Shown: positions 39,040 to 51,667 of the stretch, one piece after another | How positions within the stretch are numbered: the first letter of the stretch is position 1 | Layout: every line of letters begins with the position of its first letter | From: Mobula hypostoma | Lineage: Eukaryota | Assembly (NCBI RefSeq): GCF_963921235.1 | Contig: NC_086108.1 | Span: forward strand, 22,258,001-22,322,000 | DNA length: 64,000 bases | Direction: 5' to 3' | Translations under genes and position numbers: made by a program | Notes under the pieces: generated by a model | Database searches by the model: none | Told to the model about the DNA's origin: nothing | What the model saw: only the letters and a program-made list of their open reading frames with translations

Positions 39040-39760
39040 AGGGCATCAGCAGTGAGCTGCAACTGGAGATATGTCCATGGCTCCACAATCTCTAAGGCTT
39101 TGCACAGAAAGGGTATTTATGGAGAATGGCAAGGAAGAAGCCCTGGCTAAAAAAAAAATGCTATCCTTGCCCATTAAGACTTTGCAAAGTGTTACTTAGA
39201 AGATATTGTAAAGATGTGGAAGGTATCGTGGTTAGATGAGACTAAAGTGCAACGTTTTGGTGTCAACAGTAATGCTGTATGTGTGGCATAAATTTAATAC
39301 TGCGCATCAGTCAGGTAATACCATCCCTACTATAAAGTATGGTGGAGGTAGCATCATGCTATGGCCATATTTTTCAGCAGCAGGGACGGGAAATCTGATC
39401 AGGATTGATGGCAAGTCGAATGCTGCTAAATCCTGGATAAAAACCTGTTAGTCTCTGCCAGAGCAACCATGGAGTGGCTTCAAGTGAAGAAAATTGACGT
39501 CCTTGAGTGGCCCAGAGTCCTGCCATTAAATCGATCGAACATCCCTGGCAAGGCCTCAAGATTGCTGTCTACCACCACTCCCCAGCTAACCTGGCATGGC
39601 TTGAGCAATTTTGCAAGGAGGAATGGGCAAATCTTGCTCCATCATGTTGTACAAAGCTAATAGAAACTTATTCAAAAAGACTACTGGCTGCAATAGCTGC
39701 GAGAGATGGTTCAACTAAGTACTAGGCAAAGGGGGATGAATACCTTGAACTGCTAACATT
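39040..39760 (+). mobile_element. Tc1/mariner transposase remnant; terminal part probably resumes near 40098-40230
   Basis: KYGGGSIMLW, IEHPWQGLK, CKEEW, ARDGSTKY. Confidence 0.8.
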
Positions 39761-41309
39761 TCATTATGGGGACCCTTTGAGTTATTTTCATAATCTTTGA
39801 ACTGTTATTAAAGTATGGATCTGCCATTATTATAATAATATTATATGCTAAGACATTTTTCTTCTTTTTTTTTTAACCAATCAGCTCATTTTGGTAGTGG
39901 GAGTAGATTTTTTTTAGTAAGATAAAATTATTTTATTTCATTTCATAATTCAATTTTTTTCCTGCATGATTGATTTGGAATATGGGATACTGTGATTTAA
40001 ATGTAATGTAATTCATATTACTTACTTGTATCCTTATGAATTTTGTATTTGTATTCATGCAATTTATATAATATTAATAAAAATATTGAAAGAGAACTGC
40101 TAACATTTCAGTTTTTGAATTCTTAATTTTTCATGCTTTCCTGTTTTTTTGGGCTCTACTGTGAAGCAGGTGATTCATAAATAAAAACTTTGAGTTAAAT
40201 TATCAAAATTCCCAGTTAGGTGGCTGAATACCAGTACAAGGCGCTGTAATTCTCCAATTGTAGCCTGAAAAATTAAATTATTTTAAAATTTGTTCCTTGT
40301 TCTTTCCTGATTCAGCAGCAAGAAGTATTTGCAAACAAAGAGGTCACTATACATGTATTGAAAATTTAAAATCTACTTTATTAGGATTAAATAAAGATTG
40401 CTTATTAACCAGTCAATTAAAATACATAAAAAATTACTTATCAACCAATCAATGAATGAACGGATACAGCGTTGGAGGGAGCCCCAGGTGTCCAAAAGCA
40501 TCTTATCAGTTTTCTCTCCCTTCCTCTCTCTGCTCGATGACAGTCTGGTATGACTCCAGCCTAAAGTGAGATTCCGATTTGCACACAGAAGTAGCCCCTT
40601 TTTAGACTCAACATTACAATCAGCAGTGTAAAGCAGATTCTAAAAATACCAGGTCCTTGGCTTTCTAGATCACCACATCTGGTAACATATGGGACCTCTG
40701 ATTAACATCACTCAACAGTTAACCTGAAGCTTAAAGGCCCCAAGTTCCAGAATTCTGCTCTGAACCTTTCTGGACTCATCTTGTTTTCAATAAAAACAAA
40801 GTGTTGGGAGATATTCCACATGTTCGACGCAAAGGGAAACAAACAATGTGTCGGGTGTGAAATTCCAACGCAACCTCTTCCTTCCTTTAGGAACATTCTT
40901 TGAAACTTACTTTGTTGATGGCTGGTGCATATTTATCAATGGCTCGGGAACCGGCTCACGGCAGTCATGCCACTTATCAACCAGGGCACACATTTCATTC
41001 ACAGCCATGCAAGGCTCACCGTTCTCTAATCGATCGGGGCGAGTGGCCGGGTGCACAATTCATTAATGGATCGGGAACAAGGAGTGGGTGAGCACAGGAT
41101 GCATTAACAGTCCATGAAGCATGGGTGCCCCAGCATTTGCTTTGTTAACTGTCCGGACACACGTTAACAGTTCAGGAACCACCAGCCATCAGGAACATTG
41201 TTCACTAACGGCACAGCAACTGGGATCACACAGACACAGCTTATGATATAAACAACTTTGTTGTGACTGATCACAACATGGTTAGTAAGTTTGGGAATGA
41301 TACTAAAAT

Positions 41310-41515
41310 AGAGCAACACACACAAAATGCTGGAGGAGCACAGCAGGCCAGGCAGCATCTGTAGAAATTAATATACTGTACAGTCAACCTTTCAGGACAA
41401 AACCCTTTTACAGGACAGGAAATGGAGGGGAAAGACACCAGAATAAAAATGGTGGGGAGGACAGGAAGGAACACTAGCTAGAAGGTGATAGGTGAAGCCA
41501 GATAGGTGGGAAAAG
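41310..41515 (-). mobile_element. Penelope terminal-repeat fragment
   Basis: cacacaaaatgctggagga..ggccaggcagcatct. Confidence 0.7.
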
Positions 41516-42752
41516 TAAATAAATTACAATACCCATATATTGAATAGATTAAAAATTGTGGAAAAACAGAAATATATATTTAAAAAGTGAGGTAGTGTTC
41601 ATGTGAGGTAGTATCCATTTAGGAATCAGATGGCAGAGGGGAAAAATCTGGTCCTTAATCACTGAGTGTGTGTCTTCAGGCTTCTGTACCACCTAACTGA
41701 TGGTAACAGTGAGAATAGGGCATGCCCTGGGTGCTGGTAGTCCCTAATAATGGATGCTGCCTTTCTGAGACACCGCTCCCTGAAGATCGAGTCATAGTCA
41801 GAGTAATACAACACAGAAACAGGCCATTCACCCCAACCCGTCCATGCCAACCCAGGTGCCCACCTAAGCTAATCCTACTTGCCCATATCCCTCTATCCAT
41901 ACACTTACCTTTCCTATCCATACACTATCAAAATGTTCAAAGTTCAAAGTAAATTTATTATGAAAGATTCAAGATTTAAAGCACATATATTATCAAAAAT
42001 TTATAAATCATACACTGTGAGATTTGTCTGCTTACAGGCAGCCAGAAAGCAAGAAACCCGAACAATCCAATTTAAAAAAAAGACCAAACACCACTGCACA
42101 GAGAAAGAGGGGAAAGAAAAACACGAATCACACAAACAATAGAAGCAAGCCAACAGCATTCTGAACCAGACTGAGCCCCCAGATCTGCTCCCGGGGTAGC
42201 CAGAGTAGGCCCAAGCCTCGGTCCCAGTTCATCACAGTACTTTGTAGGCTAGTACCCAAGATGGAGCTGACTAGATTTACGACCCTCTGCAGCTTCTTTC
42301 AGTCCTGTGCAGTAGCCTCACCCCGCCCCACCCCTGCCATACCAGCATACCAGACAGTGATGCAGCCTGTCAGAATGCTCTCCACGGTACATCTATAGAA
42401 GTTTTTGAGTGTATTTGTTGACATGCCAAATCTCTTCAAACTCCATTGAAGAATATATTCAAAGTACAGCCGCTGTCTTGCCTTCTTTATAACAATGTGT
42501 TGGGACCAGGTTAGATCCTCACAGATCTTGACACCCAGGAACTTGAAACTGCTCACTCTCTCCACTTCTGATCCCTCTATATGTTCCTTCATTTTACCTT
42601 TTCTGAAGCCCACCATCAGCTCTTCTGTCTTACTGACGCTGAGTTCAAGGTTGTTGCTGTGACACCACTCCACTAGTTGGTATATCTCGCTTCTATACGC
42701 CCTCTCATCTCCATCAGAGATTCTACTAACAACGTCTGTACCATCAGCAAAT
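41515..42752 (-). mobile_element. Rex1 LINE 3' fragment, interrupted (about 41790-42235) by CR1-end and other LINE-tail fragments
   Basis: Homologous to 32530-33310; FADGT, CTVESILTGCITVWY. Confidence 0.75.
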
Positions 42753-42753
42753 T

Positions 42754-43062
42754 GGGCAAGAGGTAATGTGCACCTGCTTAGCCCCCCATCGCCCCCATTA
42801 GCTTCACGGGAATCCATGGGAGCAGGTAGGGGATGGTCGTGTGAGCAGCTGGTGCATATCACAAGTCCTGGTTATTCAACCACTGGCGCCAGGCAGACAA
42901 TCTCTGAAGAGTATTGATAATGGCTGGGGTCACCCGTCTTGTAACAACACTGCCCAGCTGAAGAGAATGGCAAACCACTTCTGTAGAAAAATTTGCCAAA
43001 AGACAATCTTTATCATTGCAAGACCATGATCGCCCACGTCATATGCCATGCACATAATGAAT
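42754..43062 (+). mobile_element. RTE-related SINE-like element
   Basis: gaagagaatggcaaaccacttc resembles the Bov-A/RTE 5' motif (recalled, not searched). Confidence 0.5.
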
Positions 43063-43729
43063 TAATTGTGCAGCACTTTATTAAAGGCCATTTGAAAGTC
43101 TAAATCCATGGCATCCACTGGTTCCCTCTGTTCTGTTAGCTACTAGAAAAAAAAGTTCAAACAAATCTGTTAAGCATGATTTCCCTTTCATAAATACCTC
43201 TAGACACTATCCAGACCGATTATAATTTATAATAAGAACATGACAGTGTGTTGTAGAAAGCGTAGACGATTGTGGAACAAGTAAGTGCAGGGAAAATTTG
43301 ATCAGCTACGCCAGTGGGCTGAGGACTGGCATACGGCTTTAAATTCAGATAAATGCGAAATATTATGTTTCGGAAAATCACCTCAGGTAGGACATACAAT
43401 GAATGGTCGGGCCCTGAGGAGTGTTATGGAACAGAGGGACCTTGGAGGGCGAGTGCACAGTTCGTTCAAAGCGGTATCTCAGTGATCAAGCAGCTATGTG
43501 GCATCAGCCTTCATCAGTCACTGAGTATAAGGGCAATAAACAATCCACAGAAGGGTCTGTGGGTAAAAATGCCGAAGAGAGAGACTACCCCGGTGTTCGG
43601 TGGTGTCTGGGCAGAAGACAGTGGCCGCGATCCTAAAGGGTGTCCTTCACTGGTACAAAGTACGTCCTGCCACCCTCGCAGATTCCTGACCTGTTCATGC
43701 TATCTGCTCCCACTTGACACCAACATTTA

Positions 43730-43878
43730 GCACGGAAAAATGACCCACAAAAGTGCCAGGAAGCGGAAGTTGCAGCAAGCTGTTCCGCCGCCCCGTCCGG
43801 AGGGAAACGGGGGCCTATCAGAGAGGCCGTGGGGATACGTTCCATCGGGGGAAGGGAGGAAAGCGGACCGGCGACAAG
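43730..43878 (+). promoter_or_regulatory. CpG-rich promoter/5' UTR of a second gene
   Basis: Tandem ETS sites GGAAGCGGAAGT (about 43759-43770), GC box CCGCCCC, high CpG density outside any recognised repeat. Confidence 0.65.
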
Positions 43879-43906
43879 ATGAAGCGGAGGTCAAATAGAA
43901 ATAAAA
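43879..43906 (+). CDS. Putative first coding exon of the second gene (MKRRSNRNK)
   Basis: aagATG with A at -3; donor A|gtgcgt in phase 1. Confidence 0.5.
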
Positions 43907-44807
43907 GTGCGTAACCAAAATCAGATTAACAAAAGTATTTCTATTGTGTAGTTGGGGTTTTACGAGAAAATGATCGATTTTAATTGTTTATTTGTTTACG
44001 GTGCGATTCGACACTGAATTCTCTCCCATGAGGATGCGAACTGGAGCGGTTTTGTCTCCAATAGAGCACACAACTCATGGCATGGGGATCAGAACACACA
44101 ATATAACGTTTCCGAAATGCGCTAATCATCTGAACCTTTAGTTAAAATCGCTGTTTTGCCTTAACTAATTAAACATTGAAAGCTTGTTCGACACCTTTTT
44201 ATAATCCTGGACAGAGTACAAGAATAAGCTGTAACTATTTTGTTTCTCTTTGTCTTCCATCTTCCTTCCCCGTTGCGGTTTTTTTTTAGCTGCATTATAC
44301 TAATATTTTTATGACTCATTTTCGCTCCATATGTGCTTTCACGTTCTATGCAACTGTTTTTTTTTATTAAAATGTTGCTGTTTGTCAAACTTTGGATCCA
44401 GAACCTTCCAATTACCTGTTAGAAGTTTATAAAATTATGAGAGGCGGAATCTTATTTGTTTACTTTTATTGTTCGCTCGATTTATTCCCCCTCCCCCGCA
44501 CTTTGGGTATTTTTGATGGTCTTTTTTAATGGGTTCGATTGGGTTTCTTTGTTCTGTGGCTGCCCATAAGGAAACGAATCTCAAGGTTATATATAGTATA
44601 CAAATTTTGATAATAAATGTACTTTGACTCTTTTCAAGCAGAGAATGTCAAATTCAAGGGAAATACTTTTAAGATGAGATGGGGAAAGTGATAGGCTGCT
44701 GCGAGAGTGATGAAAGCAGATACGTGAGTGGGGTTTTAAAGACTGTTAGACACATGGATATGCAGGTAATGGAGAGAATATGATTTATATGTCGGCAAAA
44801 AATATTT

Positions 44808-47035
44808 ACAAAACGCTAGAGGAACTCAGTAGGTCAGGCAGCATCCAGTAAACAGTGTGTGTTGGACCAAGACCCTTCATCAGGACTGGAAAGAAACAGA
44901 AGTCAGAGTAGGAAGGTGGAGGGAGGGAGGAGGAAGTACAAGGTAGCAGGTGATAGGTGAAACTGGGGGGGGGGGGTGAAGTAAAGAGCTGGGAAGTTGA
45001 TTGGTGAAGGGGATAAAGGGTAGAGAAAGGAGAATCTGATAGACCATGGAAGAAAGGGGAGGAGCAGCACCAGAGGGAGGTGACTGGCAGGTAAGGAGAT
45101 ATGGTGAGAGGGGGAAACAGGAATGGAGAATGGTGAAGGAGTCAGTGGGGGGGGGCAGTTACTGGAAGCTGGAGAAATTGATGTTCATGCCTTCAGGTTG
45201 GAGGCTGCCCAGACAACATATAAGGTGTTGCTCTTCCAACCTGAGTGTGGCCTCATCGTGGCAGTAGAGGAAGCCGTGATCCTTTCAATTACTTCAAACT
45301 CCCTGGCCCCAATCATCGCATTTTCACTATGGATGTCCAGACCCTATACACCCTCATCACTGATAGGAGGGCCTTACAGCTCTCTGCTTCCTTCTGGACC
45401 ACAGAGCTAACCAGTACCCCTCCACCACCATTCTCCTCTGCCCTCTGCCTGGCAAATCTGGTCGTCACCCTCAATAAATTCTCCTTTAGCTCCTCCCATT
45501 TCCTTCAAGCAAAAGGTGTGGCCATGGGCACTCACATGGGTCCCAGCTAAGCCTGCCTGATTGTCGACTACGTGGAACAGTCTATGTTCTAAGCCTACAC
45601 TGATATCGTTTCCCAACTCTTCCTACATTATATTGACGACTGCATTGGTGCTGCTTCCTGCACCTGTGCGGAACTCATTGACTTCATCCACTTTGCCTCC
45701 AACTTCCACCCTGCCCTCAAATTTACCTGATCCATTCCTGACACCTCCCTCCCCTTTCTCGATCTCTCTGTCTCTGTCTCTGAAGACAGCTTATCTACTG
45801 ATGTCTTTTATAAACCGACTGATTCTCACAGCTACCTGGACTATACCTCTCCCCACCCTGTTACTTGTAAAAATCCCATCCCCTTCTCTCAGTCCCTCCG
45901 TCTCCGCCGCATCTGCTCTCAGGATGAGGCTTTTCATTCTAGAACTACTGAGATGTCCTCCTTCTTCAAAGAAAGGGGCTTCCCTTCCTCCACTATCAGC
46001 ACTGTTCTCAACTGCATCTCTTCCATTTTGCACTCACTCCATCCACCTGCCACCCACTAGGGATAGGGTTCCTCTTGTCCTATCTACCACCCAACCGGCC
46101 TCCGCATCCAGCACAAAATCCTCCATAACTTCCACCATCTCCAAAGAGATCCCACTCCCCCCAACCCCGCTGCTTTCTACAGGGATTGCTCCCTATGTGA
46201 CTCCCTTTTTCACTCGTCCCTCCTCACTGATCTCCATACCTGCCCCATATGTCCTCTCTCAGTACCATTCAGAGCCCCAAACAGTTCTCCCAGGTGAGGG
46301 GACACTTCACCTGTGAGTCTGTTGGGGTCATCTACTCAATCTGGTGCTCCCGGTGTGTCTTCCGTTATATCGGTGAGACCCGACATAGATCGGGAAACCA
46401 CTTTCCCGAGCACCTACACTCCATCTGCCAGAAAAGGGTGGGATCTCTTGGTAGCCACCCGTTTCAATTCTACTTCCCATTACGACATGTCAATCCATGG
46501 CCTCCTCTACTGTCGTGATGAGGCCGCATTCAGGTTGGAGGAAGAACACCTATTTTCTGTCTGAGTAGCCTCCAACCTGATGGTATGTACATTGATTTTT
46601 CAAACTTTCAGTAATGGTTCCCCCCCCCCCCCACTTCATCATTCCCCATTCTCATTTCCCTGTCTCACCATATCTCCTTTCCTGCCCATCACCTCCCTCT
46701 GGTATTCCTTCCCCTTCTTTTTCTTCCATGGTCTTCTGCCCTCTCCTATCAGTTTCCCCCTTCCCCAGCCCTTTATCTCTTTCACCAATCAACTGCCCAG
46801 CTCTTTACTTCACCCCTCCCCCTCGCCTGGTTTCACCTATCACCTGCCACCTTGTACTTCTTCCACCCTCCCCCCACCCTCTTACTCTAACTCCTTTCCT
46901 TCCAGTCACGATGAAGGGTCTCGTCCTGAAACGTCGACTGTTTACTCTCTTCCATAGATGCTGCCTGGCCTGCTGCATTCCTCGAGCAGTTTGTGTGTAT
47001 TTCATTGGATTTCCAGCACCTGCAGATATTCTCAT
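44808..47035 (+). mobile_element. Penelope-like retroelement: RT plus GIY-YIG, with an inverted copy of its terminal repeat at 44808-45270
   Basis: KGVAMGTHMGPS, YIDD (about 45630), GVIYSIWCSRCVFRYIGET; 44810-45270 is the reverse complement of about 46515-46990. Confidence 0.88.
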
Positions 47036-47292
47036 ATCTCAAAAAATATTTAGTTTAATTCGCCATCAATTTCATTGTTTGAGAATATTTTGTTTTTCAG
47101 TTGTTTTGATATATAAATTAGTTTTACAGTGTTGGAAGGCTTTTGAAGACATACAAAATCCGTGACAGCTGATGAAGCCAGTGAGCGTGGCTTAATTGGC
47201 CCTGAGTTTTCACTCAGGTGGATTTGTGGGCATTTTTCATTTTGGCTACCCCACAATATGACATTTATACCTGAAGGCCCTGCTGCCAGGTA

Positions 47293-47410
47293 AAGCCACA
47301 TGGAAACTGGATGAAGTGCTCTTTGTGTACTACCGTAGATGTTTCTACTGTTATGTAATTCCGTGTAAGCCACATGGAAACTGGATGAAGTGCTCTTTCT
47401 GTACTACCGT
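47293..47410. repeat. 44-bp direct repeat, two copies 74 bp apart, one mismatch
   Basis: aagccacatggaaactggatgaagtgctcttt(g/c)tgtactaccgt at 47293 and 47367. Confidence 0.9.
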
Positions 47411-47659
47411 GTTTAAGCTTCACCAGTGTGTAGCTTATTTTTTGGTATTCTGTGCAATCTTTGGCACTCATCGTTGGAGCTACACTTGTTAGCAGTTGAT
47501 TTCCCATATAAACTGATGTGGAAGTTAGTCATTTATCTGCTGGCTCTAAATCACTTCCATTCTTGATGACACCTTTACATGTTTACTTTGTCCAGTGCAG
47601 TTGTGTTTTTCTCAGAGTCATTAATACTACTGAAACAGCTCCATTGACCCATCCTGTCA

Positions 47660-48250
47660 GATTTCAAAGTGAAGTCATCATCAAAGTACATATATAACCG
47701 GGAGGCTCATTTTCTTGCGGGCATACTCAATAGTCCATCATAGAATCAATGAAAGGCTGCTCAACGTTGCACATTCAACCAGTGTGTAAAAAAACCAGAA
47801 TGTGCAAATACAAAAAGAAATAAATAATGATATAAATAAATAAGCAATAAATATCGAGAACATGAGATGAAGTCCTTGAAAGTGAGTCCATAGGTTGTGA
47901 GAACCCTTCAATGATGGGCAGGGGAAGCTGAGTGAAGTCTATGCCAAACTATTATCCTGCCTAGTCTCATCGACCTTCACCCGGACCTTGGCCCTTCTTC
48001 CTCCTCCCATCCAAGTACTTATCCAATTTTCTCTTACGTGTGGAAAATGAACCTGCATCGACCACTTCTGCTGTCAGCTTGTTCCATACTGACACCACCC
48101 TCTGAGTGAAGAAATTCCCCCTAAACATTTCACCTTTTACCCTTAACCCATGACCTCTAGTTCTAATCTTACCCAACCTCAGTGGAAAATCCTGTTTGCA
48201 TTTACCCTATCAATACCCCTCATAATTTTGTATACCTCTATCAAATCTCC
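47660..48250 (-). repeat. Rex1-like tail fragment plus CR1 3' fragment
   Basis: ttcaaagt tail; RTRGHGLRVKG..FFTQRVV. Confidence 0.6.
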
Positions 48251-48492
48251 TTGTGGGATGTTAAAGAATTTCTTCTATTATTACTTTATTTCTGTTGTCT
48301 ACAACTTTTCCTCATTTCTATCAAGTTTCTTCTAATCTCTGCCTGCTGTTTACCTCTGCCTCTTATTGCTTTAAGACTGCTGCTGGACTGTCTGTGTTTC
48401 TCACAGGTACAAGGAAGGGTAATGCAGGTGAAAATTCAATTGTTTGAAAGTCAGTTTTGCTGTGTTTATAATTCTTCTCATTTCTTTCTTAG

Positions 48493-48540
48493 ATCAAGAA
48501 CATTCAAGTTCCTCGGAAAACCCTAAGAAGTCTCACAAAG
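48493..48540 (+). CDS. Putative internal exon (xQEHSSSSENPKKSHK)
   Basis: tttctttcttag| ... AAG|gtacct; 48 nt, phase 1-1, open. Confidence 0.6.
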
Positions 48541-48629
48541 GTACCTTTTTTGTCTTTTACTGATTATGGCATGGAAACCATATGAGCATTGACCAAGCTA
48601 AATAAACTTACAGTTGATGGCATTCCTTC

Positions 48630-49040
48630 CTCCAAGAAGACCACAACCCTGTCGTAGTTTGGGGTCTTGCGTGTTTTAATGACCTGGAGAGCTATGTTGG
48701 CTTGTGTCAGGACTTTACGCTTTGGCTCTTCATGGGGTTACCATGCCAAACAGCCAGAGGAGAGAGGCCAGACTAAGAGTGGTCCACTGGTCCTCCAGGT
48801 TCAGGGGTTCAGCTCAGGCCCAGTCAACTACCCTGACAGATAAAACAAAATTGTGACAGACACAGCAATGAAGAATTCTACACCTGAGTTTGACGGTATC
48901 CCTGAGTCTCCACCCAGGATTCGCAGGACTAACAGTAGTGAAAATCAAAGGAAGCCACTGGTACGATGAAGGAAGCCCTGAACACCACGGAAGGTGGAGG
49001 ACCTTCATTGCTGCCCTAAATGCCAGTTGCATAACAAGCA
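48630..49040 (+). mobile_element. Non-autonomous RTE-derived element (RTE-like 5' UTR fused to RTE 3' end)
   Basis: ggccagactaa..ggtcctccaggtt..gggg; WRTFIAALNA terminus. Confidence 0.55.
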
Positions 49041-49721
49041 AAAGAGAAAGAAAGAGTGGCATTCCTCAGTTCGTGACCCACCTAATTCCCTTAAAACCGA
49101 ATTTCAACTATTTTTGATGTACCAATTGGATACCACAATTGCCCCTCCCACATGTAAAACCTGGATCACCAAATATTGTGACATCTTCTCTTTAAGAAAT
49201 CACTTTTGTGGTTCACTGCTCTTAAGGAAAGTGGAAATCCAACACATTTTGAGCCTGTAGTTGCAATTTTGTTTACCTACCACCCTCTAGGAAACAGACA
49301 GGGCTACTGTTGGAATTTTTTCTTCATGGTCACGTGGGGAGGAAAAAAACTGGGCCAGTGATTGATGAGGATCCCGAGGTGTGGAGCAGATCTACCTGGT
49401 TCCATTGTGGCACTCTGTCCGATCCAGATCAACCACGACAAGCACAGTGCTACTTTGCTGCAGAAGAGAGATCGAGGGAGGAAGTAGAGTTGGAGGGACG
49501 AGGAAGTGTCAGCACATGGGTCTCCAGATGGAAAAGGCCCACCTTTTCTTCCCCCCATCCCATCCTCGCCCATGACAGCACCTGAACTCACCAACTGCAC
49601 CTGTGCTGAGGCTGACCCCAGACCAATGAGGGCAACAGTTGTGTCGTGACTATAGATTAAGATCTGAAGATAATGGAGGGTTGCTTGTGCGATTTTCTTT
49701 TTTAATACACTATAAAATCTA

Positions 49722-51667
49722 CAGTGGCATGCAAAAGTTTGGGCACCCCCGGTCAAAATTTCTGTTACTGTGAATAACTAAGTGAGTAAAAGATGAACTG
49801 ATTTCCAAAAGGCATAAAGTTAAAGATGACACATTTCTTTAATATTTTAAGCAAGAAAACTTATTTATTTCTATCTTTTACAGTTTCAAAATAACAAAAA
49901 AGGAAAAGGGCCTGAAGCAAAAGTTTGGGCACCCTGCATGGCAGTACTTAGTAACACCCCCTTTGGCAAGTATCACATACCTTTGCTCATTGCGGCCAAA
50001 AAGTTCTATTCAAAAGGTTCAAAGGAACATCTAAACAAGCCTGATGCATTTTGGAAATAAGTCCTGTGGACTGATAAAGTTAAAATAGAACTTTTGGCCG
50101 CAATGAGCAAAGGTATGTTTGGAGAAGAAAGGGTGCAGAATTTCATGAAAAGAACACCTCTCCAACTGTTATGCACAAGGGTGGATCGATCATGCTTTGG
50201 GCTTGTGTTGCAGCCAGTGGCATGGGGAACATTTACTGGTAGAGGGAAGAATGAATTCAATTATATACCAGCAAATTCTGGAAGCAAACATTACACTGTC
50301 TGTAAAAAAGCTGAAGATGAAAAGAGGATGACTTTTACAACAGGATAATGATCCTAAACACACCTCAAAATCCACAATGGACTACCTCAAGAGGCGCAAG
50401 CTGTAGGTTTTGCCATGGCCCTCACAGTCCCCTGACCTAAACATCATCGAGAATCTGTGGATAGACCTCAAAAGAGCAGTGCATGCAAGACGGCCCAAGA
50501 ATCTCACAGAACTAGAAGCCTTTTTTAAGGAAGAATGGGTGAAAATCCCCCAAACAAGAATTGAAAGACTCTTAGCTGGCTACAAAAATCATTTACGAGC
50601 TGTGATACTTTCCAAAGGGGGTGTTACTAAGTACTGCCATGCTGGGTGCCCAATCTTTTGCTTCGGGCCCTTTTTAGTCATAGTCATAGTCATACTTTAT
50701 GAATCCCGGGGGAAATTGGTTTTCATTACAGTTGCTCCATAAATAATAAATAGTAATAAAACCATAAATAGTTAAATAGTAATATGTAAATTATGCCAGT
50801 AACTTATGAAATAAGTCCAAGACTATTGGACCAGCCTATTGGCTCAGGATGTCTGACCCTCCAAGGGAGGAGTTGTAATGTTTGATGGCCACAGGCAGGA
50901 ATGACTTCCTGTGACGCTCTGTGCTGCATCTCGGTGGAATGAGTCTCTGGCTGAATGTACTCCTGTGCCCACCCAGTACATTATGTAGTGGATGGGAGAC
51001 ATTGACCAAGATGGCATGCAACTTAGACAGCATCCTCTTTTCAGACACCACCGTGAGATAGCTCAGTTCCATCCCCACAACATCACTGGCCTTACGAATG
51101 AGTTTGTTGATTCTGTTGGTGTCTGCCACCCTCAGCCTGCTGCCCCAGCACACAACAGCAAACATGATAGCACTGGCCACCACAGACTCGTAGAACATCC
51201 TCAGCATCGTCCAGCAGATGTTAGAGGACCTCAGTCTCCTCAGGAAATAGAGACGGCTCTGACCCTTCTTGTAGACCGCCTCAGTGTTCTTTGACCAGTC
51301 CAGTTTATTGTCAATTGGTATCCCCAGGTATTTGTAATCCTCCACCATGTCCACACTGACCCCCTGGATGGAAACAGGGGTCACCGGTACCTTAGCTCTC
51401 CTCAGGTCTACCACCAGCTCCTTAGCCTTTTTCACATTAAGCTGCAGATAATTCTACTCACACCATGTGACAGAGTTTCCTACTTTTCTTTTTTGTTATT
51501 TTGAAATTGTAAAAGATGGGAATAAAGAAAAGTTTTCTCGCTTAAAATATTAAAGAAATGTGTCATCTTTACCTTTATGCCTTTTGGAAATCAGTTCACC
51601 TTTTACTCGCTTAGCTATTCACTAACAGAAATTTTGACCGGGGTGCCCAAACTTTTGCATACCACTG
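49722..51667 (+). mobile_element. Tc1 (IR/DR-type) transposon, internally deleted, TA TSD
   Basis: TA|CAGTGGCATGCAAAAGTTTGGGCACCC ... GGGTGCCCAAACTTTTGCATACCACTG|TA; long TIRs; QQDNDPKH, WPSQSPDLNIIENLW. Confidence 0.92.
50676..51482 (-). mobile_element. Rex1-like LINE 3' fragment inserted in the Tc1 right TIR
   Basis: ORF 50836-51435 (YKYLG, RLYFLRRL); (TAGTCA)n tail; related copies at 57402-57670 and 61960-62000. Confidence 0.88.
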
